From Camelus dromedarius (lineage: Eukaryota): a stretch of 64,000 bases of DNA. The notes below the pieces were generated by a model, which searched no databases, was not told the origin of the DNA, and saw nothing but the letters and a program-made list of their open reading frames with translations. Where the stretch lies: NCBI RefSeq assembly GCF_036321535.1, contig NC_087437.1, forward strand, positions 108,688,001 to 108,752,000, given 5' to 3'. A program made the position numbers and the translations under genes. This document shows, in pieces, positions 38,955 to 51,950 of this stretch. Numbering within the stretch: the first letter of the stretch is position 1; each line of letters starts with the position of its first letter.

Positions 38955-41900
38955 GTAAGACAGAAGACAAAATTTAAATTACTAATATTTTCAGCTATTT
39001 TCTGTCTAAAATCAAATATATTTCATCATACGACATCAGTTATCAGCTGCTAATTAACACAAACTGCTCTGATTTTACTCATAATTGTCAGTAATTAGGT
39101 TCTATTGGTAGACGTTTGAAAGGAACCTAAAACTGATGGAAATACAAACTGTGACCCCATGCATTCTTTAAAATCCTATCCAGATCAGGCCATGGTGTTT
39201 AAATTCATATATGTGTATCCTTTATCATGAATAACAAATTTATAAAACCAAAGATTTCTAATCAGTCTTAAATTCACATCGGAATTCTTTCTGAAAGTCT
39301 CAGGTTTCTTCCTTTCACAGGTATCAGGAAGTAGGGGGTGGGGAACCAGTTCTCATTTCAGTTAGGAAAAAGAAATAACTTTGAAATACATGATTGTAAA
39401 ATTTTCAATAATGAAGACATAAACACCATATTAATCATTTCCCAATTTAAAGAGAGAGTGGTCAAAGCAGACAAAGTTTAATAACGGACTAGGGTTAGCT
39501 TTCCTTTGAGTTTTTTGATGAGCACTCTCTGGCAAGGCGGATGAACGTTACCGTCACCTCTGCCAAGATGGGAAAGGTCCGTGTTGCTCCTGTTACTACC
39601 AGGAGAAGCTGTTGCTCCCCTGAGGTATGAATTCATGTGAGAAGGGAGGTCATTGTCCTAAGGTGAACAGCAGTTGAGAGAAATGCAGCTTAATAAAACT
39701 CTTTAGGAAAGCATTATGGGAGTAAAAATCAGGAGTGACAAAGATGTTTCAGTCCAGTAATCTTAGTCATTGAGATCTCATTGAGAAAAAAATCATTCAA
39801 TGATAGAATAAAAATTTTAATTCACAAAAATATGTTGCATCTTTATTTATGATGGCAAATAATATGAAGTATATATGTAACAGAAGAAAAATAACTAAGT
39901 AAATCATGGTTTATCAGGTCGATAAGCTACTGGGAAGACCACTGGGTGAAGGGTAGACTCTGGGACCGTGGTGACACGAACGGGCTTCCTTTCTCCCACA
40001 TTCCTTCTGCTAAGCTACGTGCTTGCTGGTGGCTGCCGGGATGTATAGATGACTGAGCGTGGGCAGTGCCGTGGGCTTTGTCACAGTTCTAACAGCGAGA
40101 ACTAGTGTCATAATTTCTACTAGCTGAACATTTGGCTGGAGAGCAGCACAGCAAAGATTTCCTGGAGCTAAAATACATGTCTTACAGTTAAACATTAGGA
40201 AATGAATTAGAAGAGAATGTAGTTTCTGTCAAGACTTGAATCAGTGGTTTGGAAACCTTATGAAATATTCCTGTGCATAGAGCATGAAGATAAAAATAAG
40301 GAAATTGTGAAGGTGAAAGTTAAGAGACTTAGAGGTTAGATCCAGGAGACATACAAATAATAGGAGTCTGTGCATATAAAAAGTTGTGGCTTTACTTACG
40401 ATTACATCCCTAAACTTGAGGTTAGGTAATGTGGGTTCGTCTCTGTGACCTGTGAAGGATCACGAGCTGGCACAGCAAGGCCCAGGTAGCAGGCAGCCAG
40501 CAGACCACCAAACATGACTCCTCCTCCGACGATGGAAGCCTCCCCTCTGTGGCCTGTAAGAATGTGATCGGTGCCAGGCAGTCTTCCTGGAGGGCCATCT
40601 CTAGTGCAAGCTGCCATACCTGGCTGAGCGTCCCTGGGGAGACATGTAAACAGGGTCCAGCACAGAGGGCTCCTGGTCTACACTAAAACAGTGACCAGAG
40701 ACAGGCTTGGCAAAGGCCATCGTCAGCATGCACTCTGTCCACAGATCACTTTGCCCTATGACACATCCGGAGAACAGGCTTCACCAATATACCAAGGAAG
40801 AGGAAGACATGAGCCCCTGAAAAAGGGAATCCTAGGAATGGTAGGGAAGAAAAGTCTCCAGGAGAAAAGTCTGGACAAAAAACAAACTGATAAATTCCCT
40901 AATAGGATTAATTTTGTGGAAAATTGTATTGAGAAGCTTATGATAAATACGTGAATAATTTAAATTAGATACCAAAAAATTAAGCAGATGAGCATACTGA
41001 ATGCCCATAAGTAGCTAAATAAGATATGATATTTTTCCACCATAAAATATTATGCAGCCCTTAAGACAGTGAGTTAGAACTATACCTGATCACATGAAGA
41101 GCTTTTCATAAGGTATTGTTGAGTGAGAAAAGCGAGATACAGCTAAGAATGTAGATAGAACCCTGTCTTTGTAAAACACAGACAAAAAGGAAAAAGGAAA
41201 ACAGTGTGTGTGTCTATGTAGAAGATCGGGGTTGGGGTGGTGACAGATGAGCAAAATACTAAAAGGGGAAAGTACAGTTTTTTTTTTAAACAGGTATATG
41301 AACATATTTCTCATTTTTGTAAAATTATATATGTACATGGTTATAGGTATAAATTATTTTTAATGGGGAAATATATGCCATGATAAGTGAATAAAAGCAG
41401 AATGTACAGTTGTATGTAAATAATTTAAAATATGGACAAAAACTATTGAAGGGATTAGAAAGAAAATAATTGTGTTAGAGTTTAAGTAGTTTTTGAGTGA
41501 TTTCTTCAAAGTTTTCCTTAGTTTTAAAAACAATATACAATGGTAAGGATCTAAAGATTTTTAATACTATATAAACTCTCATGGGTTCTATTTCTATTAT
41601 ATAGTTAGATCATTATAGGGAAAAATGCTCCAGGGCACCTTTATATAATAAATGGGCTCCTAAAAAAGGTTTATGTGATTCATGCTCCAAGGGATCTAGA
41701 AGAGAGCTAAACGCCGTGGTACATTTTGAAACTTTGTTTCTGGGAAGTGGATCTCTTATATACAAGTTCTCCCTTCTAGTTCCTTCCTAATTATTCTATA
41801 TTAAGTACAAGAATTTAAACATGGTATTAGTAGTAACAGCTATTATTAAGTCCTTAATACGTGCAGGGCACTGTTCTTAAACTTTAAATATACGTCCTCA

Positions 41901-42198
41901 TTTATTTCTAACAATGAACAAAAATAGTTTTTTTATCACTTTCCTAATTTTACAGATGAAACTTGTTATTTTTATAATTTCACAGATAAGAGAGGAAACC
42001 AGTTCACCCAGATTACAAACTTACACAGGGTCCACATGCTAGGAAACAATGGGGTTCAGCTTCAACTTTCATACCGTCTCTTCATCAGCAGCAAAATGCA
42101 AAATATATATCTATGCGGTGAATGTTACCTGCCAGAAAGATTCAGCTTTTTAAATGTTACTTAAGTAAAAACAGAAGAATCTGTCTAATTGGTCACAG

Positions 42199-42340
42199 GT
42201 AGGAAGTCACGGGATAGAGGCGGCGTGGGCTGGTGGCAGAAACGGTCGTGAAGTCATGAACAGATTCTTTCCCCTGGCTCCAGACCTTCTTTCACCAAGA
42301 GGACTGTTCTTCCTAGTTACCACTAAGGAAAACAACCCAG
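42199..42340 (+). CDS. N6AMT1: N6AMT1 coding exon 5 (142 nt)
   Basis: cacag|VGSHGIEAAWAGGRNGREVMNRFFPLAPDLLSPRGLFFLVTTKENNP|gtaata. Confidence 0.97.
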
Positions 42341-43410
42341 GTAATAGAGACCAGTTGATTTTTCACCCATTTACTTTGCTAAAATAAAGGTTAATTATGT
42401 CAAAGACTGTAATTTATTAAGTAACCTGGACAGTTAAAGAATGTACTCACTCACAGCAGCTAATATAGACACAGCATTCATGTTGAAAGATGAGAAAGAT
42501 TTGTAAGAGGTATATTTTTCTGCTTTTAAAGACTATTGTCTTTTTTCAGGGGGGGGGAATAGTTTTTCCCCTAATTTATAAACTAATATTAAAATACAAA
42601 ATCTGTAATTTCTTCTTCTCGCACCTCACCCTCACTACTGTGAACCTTCTCACCATCTTCTAGTCTTCGTGTCCTTGATGATTCTGCTATATGCTCTTTA
42701 GTTCATCTGAAGTTTTACCACGAAAGGTATCTCCCGATACTGATTTTTATGTCTCGGTTTTCAAATTACTGAATTGACCATAATCTTTCTTCTCTTTTCT
42801 GTACATCTCAGGCTTGCTTTTTATCTCCTACATTATATTCTCAGCCCCTCAAATCACGTCATGATTACTAGGGGTTTTTTTGTTTGGTTGGTTTTGGGGT
42901 TTTTTATTTTTTGTAACTCCATTTTATTAGTTTAGTCTCTTTAGTGTTACTTATTTGAAAAGGGAAGATTTTGCTTCTTTCAGTACTGCTAAAAGAAATA
43001 AGCTACTTCAGTTACCATGACTTTTCAGTGTCACCACGTGGTTTGCCCATACCCTTGTTGATGTCTTTCATCCACAAGGATATAGGGCAGGCGTTAGAGG
43101 CAAGCAACTAAAAAATGGATCATTTACTGTAATAACAAGTATAAGTAATGTTTCTGTTGAGTCCAGGGTAGGCTCATACTGCAAAACAGTCATTCAGTCT
43201 GATTAGAATTCTCAGCAACACCTTGAAAATACAGAGTGCTCTCATCTGTCTGAAATCCAAGTTTACTGTACTAGAAATTACATGGTATATGCTATTTTCT
43301 CAGATGAATAGAATTTGTAAATAGTCTGCATTTATCATCTTATTAAACTGTTTAGTGATCATACACACTTTACTAAATAAATTAACGTTTTATTTTAATC
43401 TTTATTTTAG

Positions 43411-43517
43411 AAGACATTTTGAAAATAATGAAAACAAAAGGTCTCCAAGGGACCACTGCACTTTCCAGGCAAGCAGGCCAAGAATTCCTTTCAGTCCTCA
43501 AGTTCACCAAATCCTAG
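43411..43517 (+). CDS. N6AMT1: N6AMT1 last coding exon (107 nt to TAG)
   Basis: tttattttag|(E)DILKIMKTKGLQGTTALSRQAGQEFLSVLKFTKS*; the six exons total 645 nt = 214 aa + stop. Confidence 0.97.
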
Positions 43518-44111
43518 TCTACAGTACGTGCTTCTTAAAGCGGAATGCATTCAACGTATTTTGAAACTGGAGTCATTTCTTGGCTAAGGAGTAAAATTGT
43601 CAGAAATCTCTCATACAGAAAAGGTGGAAAGGTAGGGCATTCCCTTTTACCTAGGAGTCAGGCTACAGAAATATTTGCACAAATGCAAGTAAATGTATAT
43701 ATATTATATGTATAATTTGCATTTTGTATATTATATATGGAGAATATATATAATATAAAAGTTATGTTATATATGAGAGGATGTTCATTTCAGCATTACT
43801 TGTAATAGTAAAGTCCATCAGCAAAGGGATATAAATTACAGTCTATTCATGTTACTGAACTTGAGTGACATATCCAGCTATTAAACACGAGTCAGTCGTG
43901 AATATACTGAACCAGAAGGAGTTCATGATGCACTATTGAGTAGTGAAAAAAAGCAAGTTGCAAAATAATATTAACCTATGTGTTTATTTTTGGAAAACAG
44001 GGTATTTATATGTGTATATAAGAAATTCTGATGGCAGATAACAGGTGGAATAGAGGAACTTTCATTCTTTTGTAGTAATGTTTTGTACAATAATGTATTA
44101 CTTCTATATTA

Positions 44112-44117
44112 AATAAA
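44112..44117 (+). terminator. candidate N6AMT1 polyadenylation signal
   Basis: First AATAAA I find after the stop codon, followed by T/pyrimidine-rich DNA; a second lies at 44312-44317. Confidence 0.4.
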
Positions 44118-44427
44118 AATTTTTTAAATTTACCTTTATTTGCTTACTGTCTCCATTCTCTTTCTATTGTTTATAATGGCTTCTGCTTCCTTTCTTCCCC
44201 CTGGTCACATTTTTCCTACTTTTTATCCTGTATCATATATTTCTGTTTTCTTCTTGCATATTTATTTCAAACTGCTTTAATTTTTCCTTAGACCAAGGAG
44301 AGTTGTATGTAAATAAACTCACCACTCAAATTTATCACATTTTTAAGAGCTCACATATGTCTTTTAAGAAATTGCTTTTGCTAAATTTAGGAACATCTTC
44401 TGTAACTTCCCCACCATTCAGAATATA

Positions 44428-44643
44428 GAGTTGACCCTTAAACGACATGTGTTTGAACTGTGAGGGTCCACTTACATGCATATTTTTTCCAGTAAATAGC
44501 ATACTACAGTACTTCACAATCAGTGGTTGGTTGAATCCTTGGGTGCCGTGGAGAGCTGACTGTAAAGTTATATGTGAATTTTTGACTGCAGTGGGAAGGA
44601 GGGAGTTGGCACCCTAATCCCCGTGTTGTTCAAGGATCAACTG
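44428..44643. mobile_element. Tigger2/MER8-like Tc1-mariner MITE with TIRs and TA target duplication
   Basis: TA-gagttgacccttaaacgacatg ... cgtgttgttcaaggatcaactg-TA. Confidence 0.8.
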
Positions 44644-44699
44644 TATTTATCAAAACCAATGAGCAGGACTGTGTAAGACCAGAGTGGAAGGAATCTCAA

Positions 44700-46470
44700 A
44701 TTTATTTTTATTTATTTATTTTTTTGTTGACATATAGTCAATTTACAGTGTGTCAATTATTTCTGGTATACAGCATAATGTTTCCATCATATGTATATGT
44801 ATTTGTTTTCATATTCTTTTTCATTATGGGCTACTACAAGATATTGAATATAGTTCCCTGTGCTATACAGAAGAAAATTGTTGTTTATCTATTTTATATA
44901 TACTAGTTAATACTCCCAAGTCTTGAACTCCCAATTTATCCCTTCCCACCCCCTTTGCCCCTGGTAACCATAAGATTGTTTACTATGTCTGTGAATCTGT
45001 TTCTGTTTTGTAGGTAAGTTCATTAGTGTCTTTTTTCTTTTTTAGTTTCCACGTATGACTGATATATGGTATTTTTCTTTCTCTTTCTGGCTTACTTAGA
45101 ATGACAATCTTCAGTTCCATCCATTTTGCTGCAAATGGCATTATTTTATTATTTTTTATGCCTGAGTAGTGTTCCATTGTATAAATATACCACAGCTTCT
45201 TTATCCAGTCATCTGTTGATGGACATTTAGGTTGCTTCTATGTCTTGGATATTGTAAATAGTGCTGCTGTGAACATTGGGGTGCAGGTGTCTTTGCGAAA
45301 TAGAGTTTCTTCTGGATATATGCTCAAGAGTGGGATTGCTGGATCATATGGTAAGCTGATTTTTAATTTTTTGAGGAATCTTCATACTGTTTTCCATAAT
45401 GGCTGCACCAAACTGCATTCCGACCAACAGTATAGGAGGGTTCCCTTTTCTCCACACCCTCTCCAGCGTTTATCATTTGTGGACTTTTTAATGATGGCCA
45501 TTCTGACTGGTGTGAGGTGATACCTCATTGTAGTTTTGATTTGCATTTCTCTGATAATTAGAGATACTGAGCATTTTTTCATGTGCCTGTTGGCCATTTG
45601 TATGTTTTCATTGGAGAATTGCTTGTTTAAGTCTTCTGCCCATTTTTGGATTGAGTTGGTTTTTTTGTTATTAAGTTGTATGAGCTGTTTTTATATTCTG
45701 GAAATTAAGCCCTTGTCAGTCTCATCTTTTGCAAATATTTTCTCCCATTCCATAGGTTGTCGTTTTGTTTTGCTTATGGTTTCCTTTGCTGTGCAAAAGC
45801 TTGTAAGTTTAATTAGGTCCCATTTGTTTATTTTTGCTTTTATTTCTGTTGCCTGGGTAGTCTGTTCTAGGAGAACATTGCTCAGATTTATATCAGAAAA
45901 TGTTTTGCCTATGTTTTCTTCTAAGAGATTTATAGTATCTTGTTTTATACTTGTCTTTAAGCCCTTTTAAATTTATTTTTGTGTATGGTATGAGGAAGTG
46001 TTCTAACTTCATTGATTTACATGCAGCTGTCCAGTTTTCCCTACACGACTTGCTGAAGAGTCTGTCTTTTTTCTCCATTGTATGTTCTTGCCTCCTTTGT
46101 CAAAGATTAACTGATCATAAGTCTGTGGGTTTATTTCTGGGCCCTCTGTTCTGTTCCATTGATCTATATGTCTGTTTTTGTGCCAATACCATGCTGTTTT
46201 GATCACAGTGGCTCTGTAGTATTGTCTGAATTCTGGGAGGATTTTTCCTCCAGCTTTGTTCCTTTTCTTCAGTATTGCTTTGGCAGTTCTGGGTCTTTTG
46301 TGATTCCGTATAAATTTTAGGATTATTAGTTCTGTGAAAAATTTCCTGGGTAATTTGACAGGGATTGCATTAAATCTGTAAATTGCTTTGGGTAGTATGG
46401 CCATTTTAACAATACAAATTTTTCCAATCCAAGAACATGGGATATCTTTCCATTTCTTTAAGTCACCTTT
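44700..46470 (-). mobile_element. 5'-truncated, relatively young L1 (ORF2 3' part + 3' UTR), antisense to N6AMT1
   Basis: The - strand ORFs give L1 ORF2 sequence ([11 protein letters not shown]...[13 protein letters not shown]...[36 protein letters not shown]); T-rich tail at about 44700-44727; frameshifted. Confidence 0.95.
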
Positions 46471-47169
46471 ATAGAATTCATTTTTTAATTTGGCTACATT
46501 CAGAATCACCTGAGGAAGTTTTTTTTTAAGATTATAAATTCCTAAACCTCACCATAAACCCATGGAATACTTTGCAGCTCAGACCTAAAAACTATATTTT
46601 TTTTAAATGTACTTCCCAACATTCTTTAAGGCAGCCTGTCCAATTTTAGAATTACTGCTTTAAATAGCATTCTCATTTAATCCTTAGTACAATCCACAGA
46701 AAGAGTGGAATTAACATCATTTTATGTTCATAAAGTTTAAATAATTTGTTCAAAGAAACACAGTATTAAAGGGTAAAGACAATATGGCAACATTTCAGAC
46801 TCAGATCTGACTCCAAAAGCTGTCTTTTCCTTTGCTTATGTGCTTTGAGCAGCAAAAATGTCAAAGTTAGTATTTACTTAAATCTAATATCTGTAAATAA
46901 ATTCCCCTTCCCAGAAATAGAGCCATCAGAATGAAATTTTCTAATAAACAACCTCTTACATCACAGGGGGGAAAAAGAGATAAATAATCTTAGAATTTTA
47001 TTGTGGGTTTTTGGTCATAGTTTTGGGAGTGAAGTCTTGAATATTTTTTCAATAACATTTGAAATACTTTTAAATTAGTATAGAGGACTTCCATCAACAT
47101 AGGAAACTAAACATAGAAAGGCTATGTAAAAGACATCAAAAATTTCACGTACATAGCTGTTCCTGACTC

Positions 47170-47515
47170 TGAGCTGCGTCTCCCCTGACCCCCACCACTA
47201 CCAGATTCATATGTTGAACCCCTGATTTAGGACCTCAGAACGTGACTGTATTTGGAGATAGGGTCTTTAGAGAGGTAAAGTCAAATGAGGCCGTTCGGGT
47301 GGGCCCTAATCCAATCTGACTGGTGTCCTCAAAAGGAGATTAAGAGACAGCAGGGATGCTTGCACACAGAGAAGGAGAGGCCCTCGGAGACAGCAGACCC
47401 GCTGGCACCATGGTCCTGGACTCCCAGGCCCCCGAGCAGTGAGGAAGTAAGTGTCCGCTGTGTCGGGCCTCCAGCCGGTAGCGTTTTGTCATGGCCGCCC
47501 TAGCAGACTTAATAG
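47170..47515 (+). mobile_element. MaLR LTR (MLT1A-like)
   Basis: cagaacgtgactgtatttggagatagggtcttt...gggccctaatccaatctgactggtgtcct. Confidence 0.75.
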
Positions 47516-48539
47516 CCCAAGACAGGGAAATACCCACATTCTGCAAACAAGAGAAAGCAATACTGGTGTGAAAAATGGGTACTGATGTCCTGGTGGTCAA
47601 GAGAACTGTGGCCCCAGACCTTTAGGAGGAGAGCTGCAAATCTAGCTCCCTTGGCATTTAAAAAAAAAGCTGTTAAATATTTTTAAAAAGAGGACCCATA
47701 AAACCACATTATTTGGCCCCAGGGAAGCAGGAAAAAACTGACGTTGGACCTTGAATGGAAAGGAAAAATAGTAATAATTTAGGAGAAATCAGGCCTCACA
47801 TCTGTGTTACGCTCTGTTGTAGGATCTAATTTACACCGTGTAAGGTAGCAATGTTAACATGAAACAGTTCACATTAAAATTATCTAGACCACTGATCACC
47901 AAGAAGTTAAGCTACAGTCAGTGAGAGCAGGGAGAAAAAAACAGAATTGGATGCCCAAAGAATACAGATAGTGGAATTGTTGTATAGAATATTTGAAATG
48001 TTCAAAGAATTAACACAATCACAGAAAAGCACACAAGAAAATACTCTTTGGAAAGAACAAATTCAAGGCAACTTTTAAAAATGAGAAATAGAATTCCTGA
48101 AATCAAAGACCGCTATGGAGAGGGTAAACCGTGAACAGGAGAATCGATGAACTGAAAGTAATTCACAGAATGCAGCCCAGAGAGAAAAGAAAATATGAAA
48201 GAAAAGTAATAATTATGGAGGACAGAATGAAAAGATCTAGCAAGTGAGAATCCCAAAAAGAATGGAAGAGAAGGAATGTTTACAGAGATAATGGCTAATG
48301 TTTTTCCAGAACTGACTTTGTAAAAAGAAGATGAATCTTGCAGGCACAAACAGGACAAAGAAAGACCCACACCTAGACATCAGTAGTGATACTACAACAC
48401 ACCAGAGGCAGAGATCTTAGAAGGCAATCAGAGCGGAGGTACAAGTCACTATTTTAAGCAGGGCTCAGCAAACTGTTTGTAAATAGAATTTTAGAACAGA
48501 GCCATGCCTGCTCATTTCTGCATTGCCTGTTATTATCCA

Positions 48540-49480
48540 GGCGGGCTCTGAGTGTAATCACAGTGTATTGCAAGAGGCGGAGGGAGATTTTAATAGAAAA
48601 GAAGAGAAGGCATTATGATGATGCGCTACTGGCTTTGAAGGTAGAACAAGGGACCTTGAGCCAAGGATTGCAAGGAATGAGTCCTGGAAGCTTGAAAACA
48701 CAAGGAAATGATTCTCCCCTAGAGCCTCCTGAGGGAGTGAGACCCCGCTGACACGTTGACTTAGAGCTACGTACATACATATGGCAGGAAGAATGCCCCC
48801 CCTACCTCCCCCCGCCATAAAAGATGCCCTAATCCCTGGAACCTGTGACTATGTTACATTACGTGACAGAGAGGACTTTACAGTTGTAATAATTAAAGCT
48901 ATGACCTTAAGATGGGGAGATGTAATTCTAGGTTATCTGGGTGGGCCCAGTCGACTCACAGGAGCCCTTAAAAGCAGAGAACTTCCTCCAGCTGGAGTCA
49001 GAGGGTGTGGATTGAATTTGAGAGGAGCACACACACAGGAGGTTTGCGGTTTCAAACATACTGTTAAGTTTTTTTTTTAAGCCGACTGATGACTACATTA
49101 GTATCCATGTTATCTCCAAAATAGCAGCATAGAACAATAAATGTTAATTTCGGAGCGTCAGAGATCCGGGAGCAGTTTAGCTGGGTGGTTCAGGCTCAGA
49201 GTCCTGGAGGTTACAGTACAGTGGTCAGCTAAGGCCGCAGTCATCTCAAGACTCAAATGAGGATTAATGATCCACTTCCATGATCACTCACATGGCTGTT
49301 GGCAGGAGGATTTAGTTCTGAGCATGTGGGCTTCTCCATAGGCTGCTCACATCACGGCTTCTCCCAGAGCAAATGATCTGAGCAAGAGAGACCAAGATAG
49401 AAGCTGCAGTCTGTTATAACTTTATCTCAAAAATGACATAACATCACTTCTGCGGTATTCTGTTGGCCATGCAAAGCACC
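48540..49480. mobile_element. cluster of MaLR LTR fragments (MLT1D/E/F-like)
   Basis: gattctcccctagagcctcc, ccctggaacctgtgactatgttac, gatccacttcca...actcacatggctgttggcagg. Confidence 0.6.
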
Positions 49481-51767
49481 ACCCCCGCCCCTCAGAATCT
49501 CATCCCGTTACAACATCTGCACTACGTCTGGAATCTCATCATGTTCCTAATCGGTCAAATTCTCCCTTGTTTCTAACCTATAGCACCAAATGGGCCTGTT
49601 CTATTTAAAGCAGTGGACGACTGATGTGCAAGTGAGCATAGTATCCTCAGACGGAGGTCCCAGGAGGTGCTGAGTGGCACAAAGAACACGGCAGTAGTGC
49701 AGAGGGGCCTGAAAAATCAAGTCCAGGAGTGGCTGAGACCCCCTCAGGCGTCGTTCCTTGAGCACAGCTCAACTGTAGCAACTCTCTATCTGCAGACCTG
49801 GAAAACAAAGACCAGTTTTCTGCCTCACCCACACTCAACACACAGTGGTGGGCCAGGCGCACAGCAACCGCTATAGATATTCTTGCCCAAAAGCTGGGAA
49901 ATGAGAGACACTGAGGCATCACTGTTAATGGCACTTCTGAAATTCAGGCGGGCGAATGTCGGCATATCCTTGGTTAGGAGTCATCCCTGCTCCTGCCCAG
50001 AAACGACTCTTCGTGGCTCTTGGTTCCACCCTCCGAGCACTTGGTTCTGTGCTCTGATTTATCTTTTCATTTTCATTAAAGGTAGTACTTGCTTGTGTCT
50101 GAGTAGTTTTCTCAAGCCAGGCCCTCCTTACAGATATTCAGAGGTCCAAAACCTCTTCATTTTGTGTGGCCTTTGTACCTTTTAATCCAGGGGGTATTTT
50201 CACTGAGGTCATGCTCTTTAAAACCTCGAGGTTTTCTGAACATCTTTTTGGCATTAACTAGTTTAGATAAATGTCTCACACAGAAATCTTTTCAAGATAA
50301 GCCCTTCTCTGCCTTGGGCTTCTGCTGAAACACCTTAGGCTTAATGCCCTTGTGCTTCTTAGAGGCCCTGTTATGTAAGAGAATCTGTGAGGCTCACCCT
50401 TAAAATCTTCAGAGAGGCTTTATTCTGACTGAAAATACCTTTGCTCTTTCTGAGGTCTGAGTGAAGGATTTTATAGACACACCTTTAACTTCCTCCTTAG
50501 GCTGTGCTTTCCTGTGCCCTGAACTTGATTTGGGCTCGATGACAAAGTGAGAACAACTTAGGCTGTTTCCCTGTCATTCTCACGGGCCTTTAAACTCCAA
50601 CTAGACTGGCTTAGCTCATCAGCATAGGCTGTAGACTGGACAAGAAAATCCTCGTGATTTAAGTGAAGAGTGGGAAAGGAGTGAGTGGAGTCCAGGTCAC
50701 CAGGGAGACTTGTTTCTAACCTACAGCCCTTGGCCGTGGGTTCTGTGGGAGAACTTTCGCAAATGGTGCAGCAGTAACATTCTGGGGAGTGGACTATCGC
50801 ATGAAGGCCCGTCAGCTCCAGTGAGCCGGCCTCATTGGAGGTTCTGCAGGGAGCCCTGCAGGACACTGCGCTGTCAAGCGAGGTGAAGGAGCTGAGCTTT
50901 TACCCTCCTTGTAAGCTCACAGGTTAGCCTGACAGTTTCACTGTTGGCAGAAGAAAGAAGGCTTCTGGGTCAGAGACAAAGAATTTAATTACTCAGCATT
51001 AACAATTAGGATGAGCGTCATCAGCTTCTCCTTGCCCCGAGTCCTACGGGAGCAATGTGGAGGGACCCAGATGGATACCTGCATACCCAGTGGGTTGCAT
51101 TACAGGAGAGAAACCCTGAACTTTGGGCACCCTAATTTTCATTATGGGCATTAAGTATGCCTTCTCTGTTCAGTGCAGACACTACATTTATTAGACTGGA
51201 GGGTAAGAATGTCTGCTGTTTATTCGAGAGGTGTCTTCTCTCTGCTTTGGAGAGACACTATCCGTATCTTCCAAAGGATGTTCATCATACAAATATTCTT
51301 GAAAAGATAATCCAGAACAAAGGGCAGTTAGTGTTTTGATTTTGAAACACAAGAGACCCATGCGTTTTCAGCCAAGTAGGGGAGAAACCAGGGACTGGGA
51401 GCAGCAACTGCACGTCCACAGGGCCTTCTGCTGAGACACCGCGGTGAATTTCACAGCTCGTGTGGCAAGAGTCCCAGGGTCTTCTGGCTTAGAGGTTATT
51501 TCTCCTGCATGACTCTGTCACAATAGGGTATTGGTGGGGATTCTGGTAAAAGCATAGGTCCTTTTGGTCCAATCCTATTCAAGACAAATAACACCACAAC
51601 GAGAGGTACACTAATTAGCGAGTTTCAAATGGGTGACAACTAGGGAAATTAAACCATTCACCATTGTCAGAATTCAGAACACATTAGTAAGACTCCTGAA
51701 GTTTGGTGGCACAACCAGACCTTCTGTTGCAGCCTTGAGATGTTATTCATGTTGTGCTGATCTAGTT

Positions 51768-51950
51768 CAAGGGCTGGCCTACAGGCCAAATCTGGCCCAC
51801 CACCTGTTTTTGTGAAAAAAAGTTTTATTGGACCACAGCTTTTCCTTCATTCATTTACTTTTGTGATACACTGGCAGAATTGAATAGTTGCCCATAAAGC
51901 CTAAAATATTTACTACCTGGTCCTTTACAGAAAGTTCGCCAGCCCCTGTT
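51768..51950. mobile_element. MER58A-like hAT MITE
   Basis: ggccaaatctggcccaccacctgtttttgt...gcctaaaatatttactacctggtcctttacagaaagttcgccagcccctg. Confidence 0.75.

Noticed and set aside
45245..46202. + strand ORFs of 83-144 aa
   Set aside because: Antisense frames of the L1 ORF2.
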